From NCBI GenBank assembly GCA_964654825.1, contig CAZZKG010000008.1:2567-66566 (forward strand): DNA of 64,000 nucleotides. Direction: 5' to 3'. The position numbers were made by a program, and so were the translations under genes. Each line of letters starts with the position of its first letter. Position 1 is the stretch's first letter. The notes under the pieces are model-generated. The model worked only from the letters and a program-made list of their open reading frames with translations, did no database searches and had not been told where the DNA came from. This document shows, one piece after another, positions 36,318 to 47,097 of the stretch. The DNA is from an uncultured Gemmatimonadota bacterium. Lineage in GTDB: Bacteria; Gemmatimonadota; CAZMKB01.

Positions 36318-38477
36318 ATGAGAGCCTGGGCTTACGGTTTCCCACGGCTGGGGAAAAAGAGGGAGTACAAAAAATCGATTGAGGATTTCTGGAGGGGTAG
36401 TATACCGCCGGAGGGACTGAAGCAGAACCTGAATGATCTTCAGATGGAGATCCTGACGACATACGATCGGTTTGTCGACTGTTATCCCGTCGGTGAGATG
36501 ACGGCATACGACCAGATGCTGGACACTGCAATAATGATCGGACTTCACAGACCGGCCGATGTCTGCGAGTACTACGAACTGTGCAGGGGCAAACATGCCC
36601 TCGAGATGACAAAATGGTTCAACACGAACTACCACTACCTCGTACCTGATTTTTCAGGTGTCAACCCTGACGACCTCCATCTCTTCTGGAACAAACCCCT
36701 GGAATTTTTGAGCCGCTTCGAGCAGGGGACGCCGTACCTGATCGGGCCGTTCACCTTCCTGAAGCTATCGAAGGGCATTTCTGATGAGAAATTCAGTGGT
36801 TTCCTGGCTGCTGCCGGTGACATTTACCGCGAGGTGCTCGACGGCTTGACGAGTGTCCACATCGACGAGCCCGCCTTCGTCCTGGACCTCGAAGACCGGG
36901 ACATCTCCCATATCAAAACGCTGTATTCAAACATGGCTGAGAGCGGATGCGACATCGATCTGTTTACCTATTACGACAGTGTCGATCATCTCCCCGAACT
37001 TTATGATCTGAAGGTCAGGAGTATCGGACTGGATTTTATTCACGGCGCCGGGAACCTCGAACAAATCAAACAGCACGGTTTTCCAGACGACAGGACACTC
37101 ATCGCAGGGATCGTGGACGGCCGCAATGTGTGGTGTACCGATATCCCCCGGGCCACGAAGCTGCTGGAACAATTGTCCCTGTCGGCACGAAACCTCGGCG
37201 TCTCCAATGCCGCGCCCCTCTTCCATGTACCGATCACGCTCAGCGGAGAATCTCTGGACGAACGGCTTCGCCGTCGGCTGGCCTTCGCGGCGGAAAAACT
37301 CGAAGAGCTGCGATTGATCACCCGGGTGATCGGCGGAGAAAACATACCCGCCGATCTCGGTGATGAGGATTTTAGAGTAAACAGTGACGTGAGAGACCGG
37401 GTCTCTCATCTAAGCGAGAGCGACTTCACCAGAGAAGTCGATTACACGAGGCGCTCCCGGATTCAGGATGAGGCGCTGGGGTTGCCGCTTTTTCCCACAA
37501 CGACGATAGGCAGTTTCCCGCAGACTCCACAGATCAGGAAGATGCGGTCTGCATTCAAATCAGGCTCTCTATCCCACGAGGAGTACAGATCATTCATCAG
37601 GGAAAAAATCGATGAGGCTCTCGAGCAGCAGGAAACCCTGGGCCTCGATGTTCTGGTGCATGGAGAGTTCGAGAGATCGGACATGGTGGAATTCTTTGCC
37701 GAAAAACTGGCGGGCATCGCGACCACCCGACAGGGGTGGATCATATCTTACGGGACCCGCGGGTATCGCCCTCCAATAATATTCGGTGACGTCTCGAGAC
37801 CGAAGCCTCTCACCATCGACGAGATCTCCTATGCTCAGAGCAGAACGAAAAAACCGGTCAAAGGGATGCTGACGGGACCTGTCACCATCATCGCCTGGAG
37901 TTTCGTCCGTGAAGATATCCCGGTAAGAGATGTAGCCTATCAGATCTCGCTTGCTCTCCGGGATGAGATCGGTGATCTCGAGAAAGCCGGTATCCGGATC
38001 GTTCAGGTCGACGAGCCGGCTTACCGGGAAAGTGCCCCGAACAAGAAGAGGGACTGGGACAGCTATTTTGACTGGGCCATTAAAGCGTTTCGCCTGGCGA
38101 CCGGAGGCGCGAATCCGGAAACACAGATTCATTCGCACATGTGCTACTCGGAATTCGGTGAGATCATAGAGCGGATTGTGGAAATGGACTTCGATGTCAT
38201 CTCGATCGAAGCTACGAGAAGCAGGGGTGATGTTCTGAAGAGCTTTGAGGGGATCGACTTCGACAGGAAAATAGGACTGGGGGTATGGGATATCCACTCA
38301 CCCTCCGTACCTGATGAGGCCGAGATCGAGACAGTCATCAGACGGGCGCTCGAGGTTATCCCCAAGGAAAACTTCTGGATTAACCCCGACTGCGGCCTGA
38401 AGACCCGGAAGTGGGAAGAAACCGGTGCGTCCCTGAAAAACCTGGTATCGACGGCCCGGCGTTTACGGGAGGAATAA
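36318..38477 (+). CDS. metE: Cobalamin-independent methionine synthase
   Basis: MTKWFNTNYHY, GIVDGRNVW, PTTTIGSFPQT, HGEFERSDMVEFF, HSHMCY and NPDCG Zn ligands. ATG 36318 fits RBS AGGAGG better than GTG 36309. Confidence 0.97.
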   Translation: MRAWAYGFPRLGKKREYKKSIEDFWRGSIPPEGLKQNLNDLQMEILTTYDRFVDCYPVGEMTAYDQMLDTAIMIGLHRPADVCEYYELCRGKHALEMTKWFNTNYHYLVPDFSGVNPDDLHLFWNKPLEFLSRFEQGTPYLIGPFTFLKLSKGISDEKFSGFLAAAGDIYREVLDGLTSVHIDEPAFVLDLEDRDISHIKTLYSNMAESGCDIDLFTYYDSVDHLPELYDLKVRSIGLDFIHGAGNLEQIKQHGFPDDRTLIAGIVDGRNVWCTDIPRATKLLEQLSLSARNLGVSNAAPLFHVPITLSGESLDERLRRRLAFAAEKLEELRLITRVIGGENIPADLGDEDFRVNSDVRDRVSHLSESDFTREVDYTRRSRIQDEALGLPLFPTTTIGSFPQTPQIRKMRSAFKSGSLSHEEYRSFIREKIDEALEQQETLGLDVLVHGEFERSDMVEFFAEKLAGIATTRQGWIISYGTRGYRPPIIFGDVSRPKPLTIDEISYAQSRTKKPVKGMLTGPVTIIAWSFVREDIPVRDVAYQISLALRDEIGDLEKAGIRIVQVDEPAYRESAPNKKRDWDSYFDWAIKAFRLATGGANPETQIHSHMCYSEFGEIIERIVEMDFDVISIEATRSRGDVLKSFEGIDFDRKIGLGVWDIHSPSVPDEAEIETVIRRALEVIPKENFWINPDCGLKTRKWEETGASLKNLVSTARRLREE

Positions 38478-38508
38478 CTATTCCTCCGGAAATGGGAGAA
38501 TCGCGCTA

Positions 38509-40350
38509 ATGACCAAGGAAGAGCTTGTCAAACGACTGGCTGACAATATCCTGCTCTTCGATGGAGCGGTTGGAACGATGCTCTATTCGCGGGGCATCTA
38601 CATCAATCACTGCTTCGACGAGCTCAACCTGTCACGTCCGGAGCTGATCAAAGAGATCCACAGAGCATACATCAAGGCTCATGCCCAGTGTATCGAGACC
38701 AACACCTTCGGCGCGAACCATTTCAAGCTGAGTGCTCACGGGCTTGGGGAGAAAACCGAAGATATCAATTATCAGGGCGCTCGACTGGCAAAAAAAGAGG
38801 CCGGCGACAGAGTCCTCGTGGCCGGTTCTATCGGTCCGCTCGGCATCCGCATCGAACCATGGGGCCCCACATCGAACGACGAAGCGAAAGAAGCCTTCAC
38901 CAGGCAGGCACTGGCACTCAAAAACGGCGGCGTCGATCTTTTCATTCTCGAAACGTTTTCCGATCTCAGCGAGATCAGACAGGCGATTCTCGCCTGTCAG
39001 GAACTGAGCGACATGCCCATTATCGCATCGATGACCATCGGTGACGATGGTAATTCACTCTACGGCACATCCCCTGAGATATTTGCCCAGCGCCTCGATG
39101 AATGGGGGGCGGATGTCATCGGTTTGAACTGCAGTGTCGGACCTCCGCTTATGATGGAAGCTCTCGAGAAAATGCTCCGAACAACCGACAAACCGATTTC
39201 CCTCATGCCGAACGCCGGAACACCGCGGGAAATCGACGGCAGAAACATCTACCTCGCATCGGCGGAGTACATGGCCGAGTATGCGCGTCGCTTCATCCAG
39301 GCGGGGGCCAAGATCGTCGGCGGCTGCTGCGGTACCACGCCGGAATACATCCAGTCCATGCATAATGCCGTCCTTTCAATAGTCCCTCAGCACCGGTCAG
39401 TCACCATCAGTTCAGAAGAGAGGGCTTTCGAGGAGACCCGGCCGGTCCCCACGGCAGATAAATCCCGTTTCGGGGAGAAGATCGCAAGCGGCGAATTTGT
39501 GACCTCAGTTGAAATCACGCCGCCCCGTGGCACGGATGCCGCGAAGGTCCTCGGGGCCGCACGTGTGCTGAAAGAACACAATGTTGACGCGGTAAATATT
39601 CCCGACGGCCCCCGGGCCCTGAGCCGGATGGGCGCTCAGCACCTCAGTCTTCTCATACAGCAGGAGGTGGGCATCGAGGCGGTACTTCACTACACCTGTC
39701 GTGACAGAAACCTGCTGGGAATGGTGTCCGACATGCTGGGACTCGACGCGGTCGGTGTGAAAAACCTTCTCATTATAACGGGTGACCCGCCTAAAATGGG
39801 CGATTACCCGGATGCGACAGCCGTGTTCGACGTGGATTCCATCGGACTTGTGAACATCGTCAACACCCTGAACCACGGGATCGATCTGGGCGGCAACCCG
39901 ATAGGAAAACCCACCGGTTACCTCATCGGTGTCGGGGTCAATCCGGGAGCGATAGATCTGAAAAACGAGATCAACCGATTCGAGTGGAAGGTCAAAGGGG
40001 GAGCCGAATTCGCGATCACGCAGCCTGTGTTTGATCTCTCCATTCTCACCTCATTTCTTGAAAGGATATCTCACTGCAGGGTCCCCATCCTGGCCAGTAT
40101 CTGGCCCCTGGTGAGCCTCAGAAACGCCGAATTCATGAACAACGAGGTCCCCGGCGCCTCGGTCCCCGACGAGATCATGGATCGGATGCGAGCGGCGAAA
40201 ACAAAAGAGGAAGCCGTGAAAGAAGGCATCGAAATAGCGAGAAAGTCGGCTCTCGAGATCGCCCCACTCGTCGAGGGGCTCCAGGTGTCAGCACCCTTCG
40301 GGAGGGTGGAGCACGCACTCGAAGTCCTCTCCGTAGTGCGGGAAGGGTGA
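38509..40350 (+). CDS. yitJ: Bifunctional homocysteine S-methyltransferase / methylenetetrahydrofolate reductase
   Basis: FDGAVGTML, GLNCSVGP, GGCCGTTP. C-terminal MTHFR domain (VEITPPRG, HYTCRDRN, ITGDPPKMGD, AITQPVF). Confidence 0.93.
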   Translation: MTKEELVKRLADNILLFDGAVGTMLYSRGIYINHCFDELNLSRPELIKEIHRAYIKAHAQCIETNTFGANHFKLSAHGLGEKTEDINYQGARLAKKEAGDRVLVAGSIGPLGIRIEPWGPTSNDEAKEAFTRQALALKNGGVDLFILETFSDLSEIRQAILACQELSDMPIIASMTIGDDGNSLYGTSPEIFAQRLDEWGADVIGLNCSVGPPLMMEALEKMLRTTDKPISLMPNAGTPREIDGRNIYLASAEYMAEYARRFIQAGAKIVGGCCGTTPEYIQSMHNAVLSIVPQHRSVTISSEERAFEETRPVPTADKSRFGEKIASGEFVTSVEITPPRGTDAAKVLGAARVLKEHNVDAVNIPDGPRALSRMGAQHLSLLIQQEVGIEAVLHYTCRDRNLLGMVSDMLGLDAVGVKNLLIITGDPPKMGDYPDATAVFDVDSIGLVNIVNTLNHGIDLGGNPIGKPTGYLIGVGVNPGAIDLKNEINRFEWKVKGGAEFAITQPVFDLSILTSFLERISHCRVPILASIWPLVSLRNAEFMNNEVPGASVPDEIMDRMRAAKTKEEAVKEGIEIARKSALEIAPLVEGLQVSAPFGRVEHALEVLSVVREG

Positions 40351-40471
40351 TTTTTCAACGAAACATTTTTGTTCAGCACAGTCTACATCGAGTAAAACAG
40401 GGTCCATATTTCCTCCCGGATCGGGATTACCGGCAGTATGAACTGGTATCAGGAACCATTATCAGGAACAG

Positions 40472-40500
40472 TTGACTTCCTGAACGGGAGTATATAGATT
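40472..40500 (+). promoter_or_regulatory. Sigma-70-type promoter candidate
   Basis: TTGACT-N17-TAGATT, preceded by TATCAGGAAC x2 (40447-40456, 40460-40469). Confidence 0.5.
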
Positions 40501-40606
40501 TGTGAAAAATCGTCTTCAATAATGTCCTTTATTGAATTTCACCCTTTACGAGGGGCCATGAAGAACATCGTTGATGGCTCCTTTTTCATGTTCAGGAGGA
40601 ATTACC

Positions 40607-41590
40607 ATGAATCGGTCACAACGGTCTCTGCTCACGCTTTTTCTGCTCGTCCCTCTGTTCTGTGCACTCCCGATGGGGTGCTCGTCCGAGAAAGCGACGC
40701 AGTCTGTTGATGCAGCTGCGATAGTCAATGGAATTCCCATACCGAAGGAAGACATTCTGCTGACGGTCAACAATATGGTCAATCAGTACAAGCAATTCGG
40801 GATGGAATTCGACTCCACGAAGGTGGACTCGATTCGTGGAAGCATACTCGACTCCTTCATCAAAACCGAGCTGATGTTCCAGGCGAGCAAAGCGGCGGGT
40901 TTCAAACTCACAGACGAGGAACTCGAGAAGGAGTTGAATGCCATCATCAGCCAGTATCCGAGCCCGGAGATGTTTTCTTCAGCACTGGCGAAACAGGGTA
41001 TCTCCGAGGAGAAATTCAGATCACACACGGCCACGAATGTCACCATCAAGAATTTCATCGAAGAAACGATCACCAACAAAATCGAAGTAACTCCGGAAGC
41101 AAAGACTGCGTATTACGATGAGCACCGGGAAGACTTCAAGCACGACGAAGAAGTGGGGGCAAAACACATCCTCATACAGACCACCAAAGACGAACCTGAA
41201 GATTCGGTCAAAAGCAAACGAGTCCGCATCGAGAGCATCCTCGAGAGGGCTCGAAATGGAGAAGACTTCTCAGCCCTCGCGACCGAGTACTCCGAGGGTC
41301 CCAGTTCCTCCAAGGGCGGCGATCTCGGGTATTTCGGCCGTGGAAAGATGGTCAAGCCCTTCGAGGAAGCGGCTTTCGCATTGAATGTGGGCGAGATCAG
41401 CGATGTTGTAGAGACCAACTACGGTTTTCACATCATAAAGGTCTATGACAAGAAGGGCGCCGGGTACTCGAGCTTCGAAGAGGTCGAGGACTACATCGAA
41501 AACGCGATCAAAAGTGGAAAAACCAGGGAAAGCCTCGACAAGATGATCGATGAACTGACGGAGAAAGCGGATATCAAGATTCTGCTCTAG
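40607..41590 (+). CDS. PpiC-type peptidyl-prolyl isomerase (SurA/PrsA-like lipoprotein)
   Basis: ATG 40607 after AGGAGG, lipobox-like PMG-C, AKHILI, FSALATEYSEG, GGDLGYF, GKMVKPFE, YGFHIIK. Confidence 0.92.
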   Translation: MNRSQRSLLTLFLLVPLFCALPMGCSSEKATQSVDAAAIVNGIPIPKEDILLTVNNMVNQYKQFGMEFDSTKVDSIRGSILDSFIKTELMFQASKAAGFKLTDEELEKELNAIISQYPSPEMFSSALAKQGISEEKFRSHTATNVTIKNFIEETITNKIEVTPEAKTAYYDEHREDFKHDEEVGAKHILIQTTKDEPEDSVKSKRVRIESILERARNGEDFSALATEYSEGPSSSKGGDLGYFGRGKMVKPFEEAAFALNVGEISDVVETNYGFHIIKVYDKKGAGYSSFEEVEDYIENAIKSGKTRESLDKMIDELTEKADIKILL

Positions 41591-41734
41591 TGTGATCATT
41601 CCCCGGGCGTCATGATTTGACTTCCTCTTCCCGCGTTCGGTTGGCATAACATCCAACGGGGCAAATTATCTGCTCCCAGGGACCCGGTATGTGGGTCAAG
41701 AGTCTCGCAATGAGCTCATGCGGTGTGATCTTTT

Positions 41735-42582
41735 CTATTGAACTTCTTCAAGTCTGTTTGTTTCCTCATAATTTATACCCATAGTCGCCGGCAGTCCGTA
41801 TTCCTCCGGATGCAGATACTTACCACGCTCTTCGCCCACTTTTTCTACCTCAACCTTAACGCGATGAGCATTGGCATAGGCGTCCTGACGGATACCGGTT
41901 ACCTGCCAGGAAACTTTCATGCCCGGTAAGCCTCCCCCGATATGGAACTCGTTGCCTGAGATCTCTTCGGCTATATATACCGGGGCAAAACCACCGATAC
42001 AGGTAAGTTGATAGCGGAAATCTTTATTCAGAGCCTCGAACCAATCGGGTAGTTCAACCCATGCTTCACCATTTGCATCGAGTGTCACATTGCCGTTATA
42101 AACGTTCATCATATCGGGAGACTCAACAAAGGAATGATGGAGGAATTTATTGGCCGGATCAAGCGGGTGGTCAATTTTGAATGATCCACCACCTTATAAA
42201 AATAACCAAGGAAACCGCTGACACCATCGATGACTTCCAGCATGTAAACGGGGTTGGCGGCGGCCGTCCCGATGCCGACTTTCCCATCCTTGGTAATCCG
42301 CATCCGCTCATACCAGTCATCAGGATCCATGAAATTTCCAACATTGGTTGAAAATATCATATCATCAGTTACCAAGCCATTTCCGGGAAAATAGTTGCCT
42401 ATACACCAGTCTATCCATTCGCCGGGAAAACTTTGATCACCGTCCCCACCATAAAAACCACCACTGGCAGGGCCACCGTCCGGGACAATAAACCTGTCCG
42501 CCCATTGAATTTGTGTAAAGGCAGAAGTTGGAACAACAACCAGCCCCCAGACCAAAATCGATAGAATCAGTAAATTTCTCAT
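41735..42582 (-). pseudogene. Frameshifted exported protein (signal peptide, GKVGIGT motif, FKIDHPLDP/HSFVESP C-terminal domain)
   Basis: Start ATG 42582 (MRNLLILSIL...). Adding one G at 42192-42193 joins ...LGYFYK to GGGSFKIDHPLDPANKFLHHSFVESPDMMNVYNG, the frame of the 41735-42112 ORF. Confidence 0.8.
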
Positions 42583-42729
42583 TTTTCGCTCCTTCCTCCT
42601 GGCAAAATATTTCGAGTGTGACAAAGGTTAAATATGTCGTGTCTTTTCTGTCGCCTCTCCTCTCTTCTAACTCTCGAATTTACACTCCAAGTACAGAAGT
42701 ATATCCCGCACATAGTTCCCTTGACAGTA

Positions 42730-43841
42730 TAGTTATATGCAGCGTCTTAAGTAATTGCGCACAATCTACGCAACGTATCGTTTGGTTTGCACCATGGGTC
42801 GAATTGATTGAGCACGGCATCAATCAGTTCCTCAAGGACCGAGAAGTAACGATTGTGGATACAGAGCCGTCGTGTCAGCCTCCATACTCGTTCAATGGGA
42901 TTCAACTCTGGACTGTAGGGTGGCAGAAAATCAAGCCTCAATTGGTTGTGGTGCTTTTAACCAGGGCCGTAGCAATATAGAATGATGCCACCGTTTGTTG
43001 TCTAAGACTACAACAATCATACGGTTCCTTCGACGATGGCGCAAGAGTTATTTCAAAAACGAGAGAAACGTTTCTGCATTGAACTTCTCCCCAACGCTTG
43101 TAACAAGCCTGTCGTTGTTCATACAAACGGCTCCAAAGACTCCCACACTCTTGCGAGTAGGCGCATGCAGAACGAAGGGGTCCACATCTTCCGGAGGCAC
43201 CCACATGGTGCAACGTGAACCGTGTTGCTGGAAATGGCATTCGTCCTCAAACCACAGATCAAGATCATTCCTTTTTGCGAGTCGTTTCAGTTTTTTTATA
43301 TGTCTGCTGAGCTTGGGAGTCAGCATGAGCGATGAAAGGGCGCGGCTTGCGAAGGCGAAATCCCAACTGGTGGAACAGCCTCTGGCATTGACGGATGCCT
43401 ATCTGCACTTTGTAGTTCTGTGCCAGATGATGACTGAGAAGCCTTCCATCCCAGAGATTCTGATTGTAACCGAACTCACGTGGAGACATGCGCAGATCCT
43501 CACCAACTGCCTGGCGCATGGCTTCATCGAGAGCAGCAGGACGTCCGCTACGCGAGCCTTCCCAAAGACCGGCAAAACCATTTTCTTCGAAACGCCTTAC
43601 CCAGTATTGAATGGTTCGAGGACTGTGTCCGAGTATTTCTGCTACTTCGTAACAACTGAAATCGGAACATACCATAAGAATACTATGGAGACGGTGATCA
43701 TAACGAGACTCCTCGGACCTGAGGATTTCATCCTGCACCCCAAATCGCATAATTTCTGCATCTTTAATCGTGAGTTTGCGCATGATTCTCTCCTTTCTCT
43801 TAGAATGATAATATAAGGGAAAGAATAATTATGCGCAACTA
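42730..43841 (-). mobile_element. IS630-family insertion sequence, degenerate
   Basis: HTH ORF 43265-43783; DDE motifs WFEDE, VVLDN and FLPPYSPELNPIERVW split over frames; both ends read TA|TAGTT with TA at 42728-42729 and 43842-43843; about 1.1 kb. Confidence 0.9.
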
Positions 43842-43902
43842 TATATGACGCTCATATAGATAGCAAGAGCAAGCATAGGATGAAATAACATGCAAAATGG
43901 AA

Positions 43903-43931
43903 TTGACTCAAATTGAGAAAGTTCGTATATT
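43903..43931 (+). promoter_or_regulatory. Sigma-70-type promoter candidate
   Basis: TTGACT-N17-TATATT in the AT-rich region upstream of the polysaccharide genes. Confidence 0.45.
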
Positions 43932-44273
43932 ATCAGTCAATTCGCAGGATGCAGTTATTGGATTCATTAACCAGAAAACATCTGGGTTACATCAAGATTC
44001 TCAGAAATATCCAAATACAAACCCCATGGTATTAAGAGTATAGGATAGCTTCTATCACAGAATTTGAAGTTGAAATCACTCGTTTTAATTGAATGTATAG
44101 ATATAGGTAATCGTATATCAACAGATATTATTTAAAACAATATATGCCGCTTCATCTTCCATTTTTCAAAGCCGCTGACACTTGTCAGGTTTTTTCATAT
44201 TTGATATCTGGTCGTTCATTCTCTGTTAGAATGATTTAAAGATTAATCATTATTTATTAAGGCGTGATACATT

Positions 44274-44927
44274 ATGGTACATGATATCGTGATCCTCGGG
44301 GCTGGTGGCCATGCAAAAGAAATTGCTCAACTCATTGAAGATATAAATCTGAATGAAAAAACATGGAACCTCCTTGGTTTCATTGATAAAGATTCGTCTA
44401 AAATAGGAATGAAGCACGGTCGGCACAAAATTATTGGGGACGAGAATTATTTCGATAACTTTCGCAGAGATCTCTATCTCACTATTGCGATTGGCTCTCC
44501 TTCGAAAACAAAAAGCCTTTCCGAGCATATAGTGGGACGGTTCCCACATATTCTTATACCAAATCTCATTCATCCTTCTGTTGTGAATTATAAGAGAAAT
44601 GTCTCGATGGGAGAGGGTAACATTATCTGTGCCGGCAATATTTTGACCACTGATATTATACTTGGTTCTTTTAATTGTATTAACAGAGGATGTAACATTA
44701 GTCACGATGTTGTAATCAAGGATTTCTGTTTATTAAATCCAGGAGTTAATATCTCAGGTGGTGTATCAATTGAATCGGGTTGCCTCATCGGTACGGGTGC
44801 TACTATACTTCAATATCTCAATATTGGTGAAAATGCTACGGTGGGAGCTGGAGCAGTGGTGACTAAGGATGTTGAAAACGGAAAAACTGTTGTAGGTATA
44901 CCAGCACAACCAACATCAAGTGATTGA
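44274..44927 (+). CDS. NeuD/PglD-family sugar acetyltransferase (hexapeptide repeat)
   Basis: ILGAGGHAKE, GFID, AIGSP, IHPS, left-handed beta-helix, VGAGAVVTKDV, VVGIPA. Confidence 0.92.
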   Translation: MVHDIVILGAGGHAKEIAQLIEDINLNEKTWNLLGFIDKDSSKIGMKHGRHKIIGDENYFDNFRRDLYLTIAIGSPSKTKSLSEHIVGRFPHILIPNLIHPSVVNYKRNVSMGEGNIICAGNILTTDIILGSFNCINRGCNISHDVVIKDFCLLNPGVNISGGVSIESGCLIGTGATILQYLNIGENATVGAGAVVTKDVENGKTVVGIPAQPTSSD

Positions 44928-45928
44928 TGGTAAATCGATCGATCGTGGAGGGAAAATTGAGAGTACTGATCACAGGTGGTGCAGGATATATTGGATCGGT
45001 TCTGGTGCAACAACTTCTGCGGAGAAATTACCGGGTTAGAGTTCTAGACATTCTCACTTTTGGCGGAGAATCTTTGCTTGGGGTTATCAATAATCCAAAT
45101 TTTGAGTTCACGAAAGGCGATATCAGGAAAAAGAATGTCGTGAAGGAGGCTATTGAGGATATTGATGCCGTCGTTCATCTGGCAGCTATCGTAGGAGATC
45201 CGGCATGTGCAAAACAACCGTATCTTGCAAGAGAAACAAACCTCGATGCTTCCCTGTTGATCTATGATCTTTGCAATACCTCACGCAATGTCAAAAAATT
45301 CATCTTCGCTTCTACCTGCAGTAATTACGGCAAAATGGATGGTGATGGATATATCAATGAGGACTCATCACTCAAACCCGTTTCCCTCTATGCCAGATTG
45401 AAGGTTGATTTTGAAAAGTATCTTCTTGATAGTCAGACAAGAGAAGATTTTATCCCCACTTCACTCCGATTCGCTACCGTTTATGGTATTTCTCCCAGAA
45501 TGAGATTCGATCTGACTGTGAATGAATTCACCAGAGATGTTACTCTTGGGAAAGAACTCATTATCTATGGTGAACAATTCTGGCGTCCCTATTGCCACGT
45601 CGAAGACCTTGCCCGGTCGTGCCTACTGGTGCTGGAATCTCAGTCTGGCCTTGTTAATCATAAAGTATTCGGAGTCGGCCACACGAGTGAAAACTACCAG
45701 AAGAAAATGCTTGCGGAAGAGATAATAAAGGTTGTACCCGAAGCAACAATCTCATATGTTCACAAAGTTGAAGATCCAAGAGACTATCGAGTTGAGTTTT
45801 CGAGAATTAAGGATGAATTAGATTTTAAGATCACAAAAAAGGTACCGGATGGTATTCGGGAAATTCACTTCCTCATCACGAGTGGACTACTCATTAACCC
45901 TGAATGTTCAACCTATAGCAATATTTAA
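44924..45928 (+). CDS. NAD-dependent nucleotide-sugar epimerase/dehydratase
   Basis: TGGAGYIGS, HLAAIVGD, ASTCSNYG, YARLK (YxxxK), LRFATVYG. Confidence 0.93.
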   Translation: MMVNRSIVEGKLRVLITGGAGYIGSVLVQQLLRRNYRVRVLDILTFGGESLLGVINNPNFEFTKGDIRKKNVVKEAIEDIDAVVHLAAIVGDPACAKQPYLARETNLDASLLIYDLCNTSRNVKKFIFASTCSNYGKMDGDGYINEDSSLKPVSLYARLKVDFEKYLLDSQTREDFIPTSLRFATVYGISPRMRFDLTVNEFTRDVTLGKELIIYGEQFWRPYCHVEDLARSCLLVLESQSGLVNHKVFGVGHTSENYQKKMLAEEIIKVVPEATISYVHKVEDPRDYRVEFSRIKDELDFKITKKVPDGIREIHFLITSGLLINPECSTYSNI

Positions 45929-45936
45929 TTAAAAGT

Positions 45937-47097
45937 ATGTTACCACTATCAGTTCCCCATATCCGCGGCAATGAATGGAAATATATCAAAGAGTGTCTGG
46001 ACACCGAGTGGGTTTCTTCCGTTGGGAAGTATGTCGTCAAGTTCGAAGAGGACATCTGCAATCACACCGGAGCAAAACATGCCATTGCCTGCGTGAATGG
46101 AACGGCAGCATTACAGATTGCCCTGACGATAGTTGGTGTCCAACCTGAAGACGAAGTCGTTATACCCACACTGACATTCATCGCACCCGTCAATGCCATT
46201 CGTTATGTTCAGGCTAATCCTGTCTTCATGGACGCCGATGATTGTTATACTCTGGATATCGAAAAAACACTAAATTTTATCAAATCTGAAACCACATATA
46301 AACAGAATGCCTCCTTCAACAAAAATACCGGAAAGCACATTTCTGCTATCCTCCCTGTCCATGTTTTCGGTAATGCGGTAGATCTCGAAAAACTTTATGA
46401 AGTCTGCGTAGACCGTAATATCAGAATCATTGAAGATGCTGCGGAGAGTATCGGTACATACTACACGGGAGGAGATCTTTCCGGAAAGCACACTGGAACC
46501 ATCGGCGATGTTGGGTGTTATTCCTTCAACGGCAATAAGATAGTTACCGCAGGTGGTGGCGGGATGATAGTTACAAACAATGAGGAATTTGCCCGGAAAG
46601 CCAAGTATTTAACCACCCAGGCAAAGGATGACGAGGTTTATTATGTCCATAATGAAGTTGGTTTCAATTATCGTTTGACCAATCTCCAGGCGGCACTCGG
46701 AGTTGCACAACTCGAACAGCTTCAAGCATATATCGATACCAAGAGGCGAAATTATTATCATTACAAGAACAGGATTGATAAGATCCCTGGTCTTTGCATT
46801 TCTCGAGTCCCGCAGTTTGCGAGCAGTAATTACTGGTTTTACTGTCTCCAGATCGAAAAACAATCGTATGGGAAAACTCGTGATGAACTTATGGAGCTTT
46901 TCCGCTTGAACAATATCCAGTCACGTCCGATATGGCAATTAAATCACTTGCAGACTCCTTATCGGAACTGTCAGTCGTTTCAAATCGAGAAAGCATATTC
47001 TCTTTTAGAGCACACTCTCAATATCCCCTGTTCAGTCAATATCACCGAAGAAGAAATCGAAAGGGTTATCGAAGTTCTTGAAAGTACGATTAAGTAG
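45937..47097 (+). CDS. LegC-like DegT/DnrJ/EryC1/StrS aminotransferase
   Basis: WVSSVG, NGTAAL, PTLTFIA, PVHVFG, EDAAESIG, SFNGNKIVTAGGGG, GFNYRLTNLQAALG. Confidence 0.93.
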   Translation: MLPLSVPHIRGNEWKYIKECLDTEWVSSVGKYVVKFEEDICNHTGAKHAIACVNGTAALQIALTIVGVQPEDEVVIPTLTFIAPVNAIRYVQANPVFMDADDCYTLDIEKTLNFIKSETTYKQNASFNKNTGKHISAILPVHVFGNAVDLEKLYEVCVDRNIRIIEDAAESIGTYYTGGDLSGKHTGTIGDVGCYSFNGNKIVTAGGGGMIVTNNEEFARKAKYLTTQAKDDEVYYVHNEVGFNYRLTNLQAALGVAQLEQLQAYIDTKRRNYYHYKNRIDKIPGLCISRVPQFASSNYWFYCLQIEKQSYGKTRDELMELFRLNNIQSRPIWQLNHLQTPYRNCQSFQIEKAYSLLEHTLNIPCSVNITEEEIERVIEVLESTIK

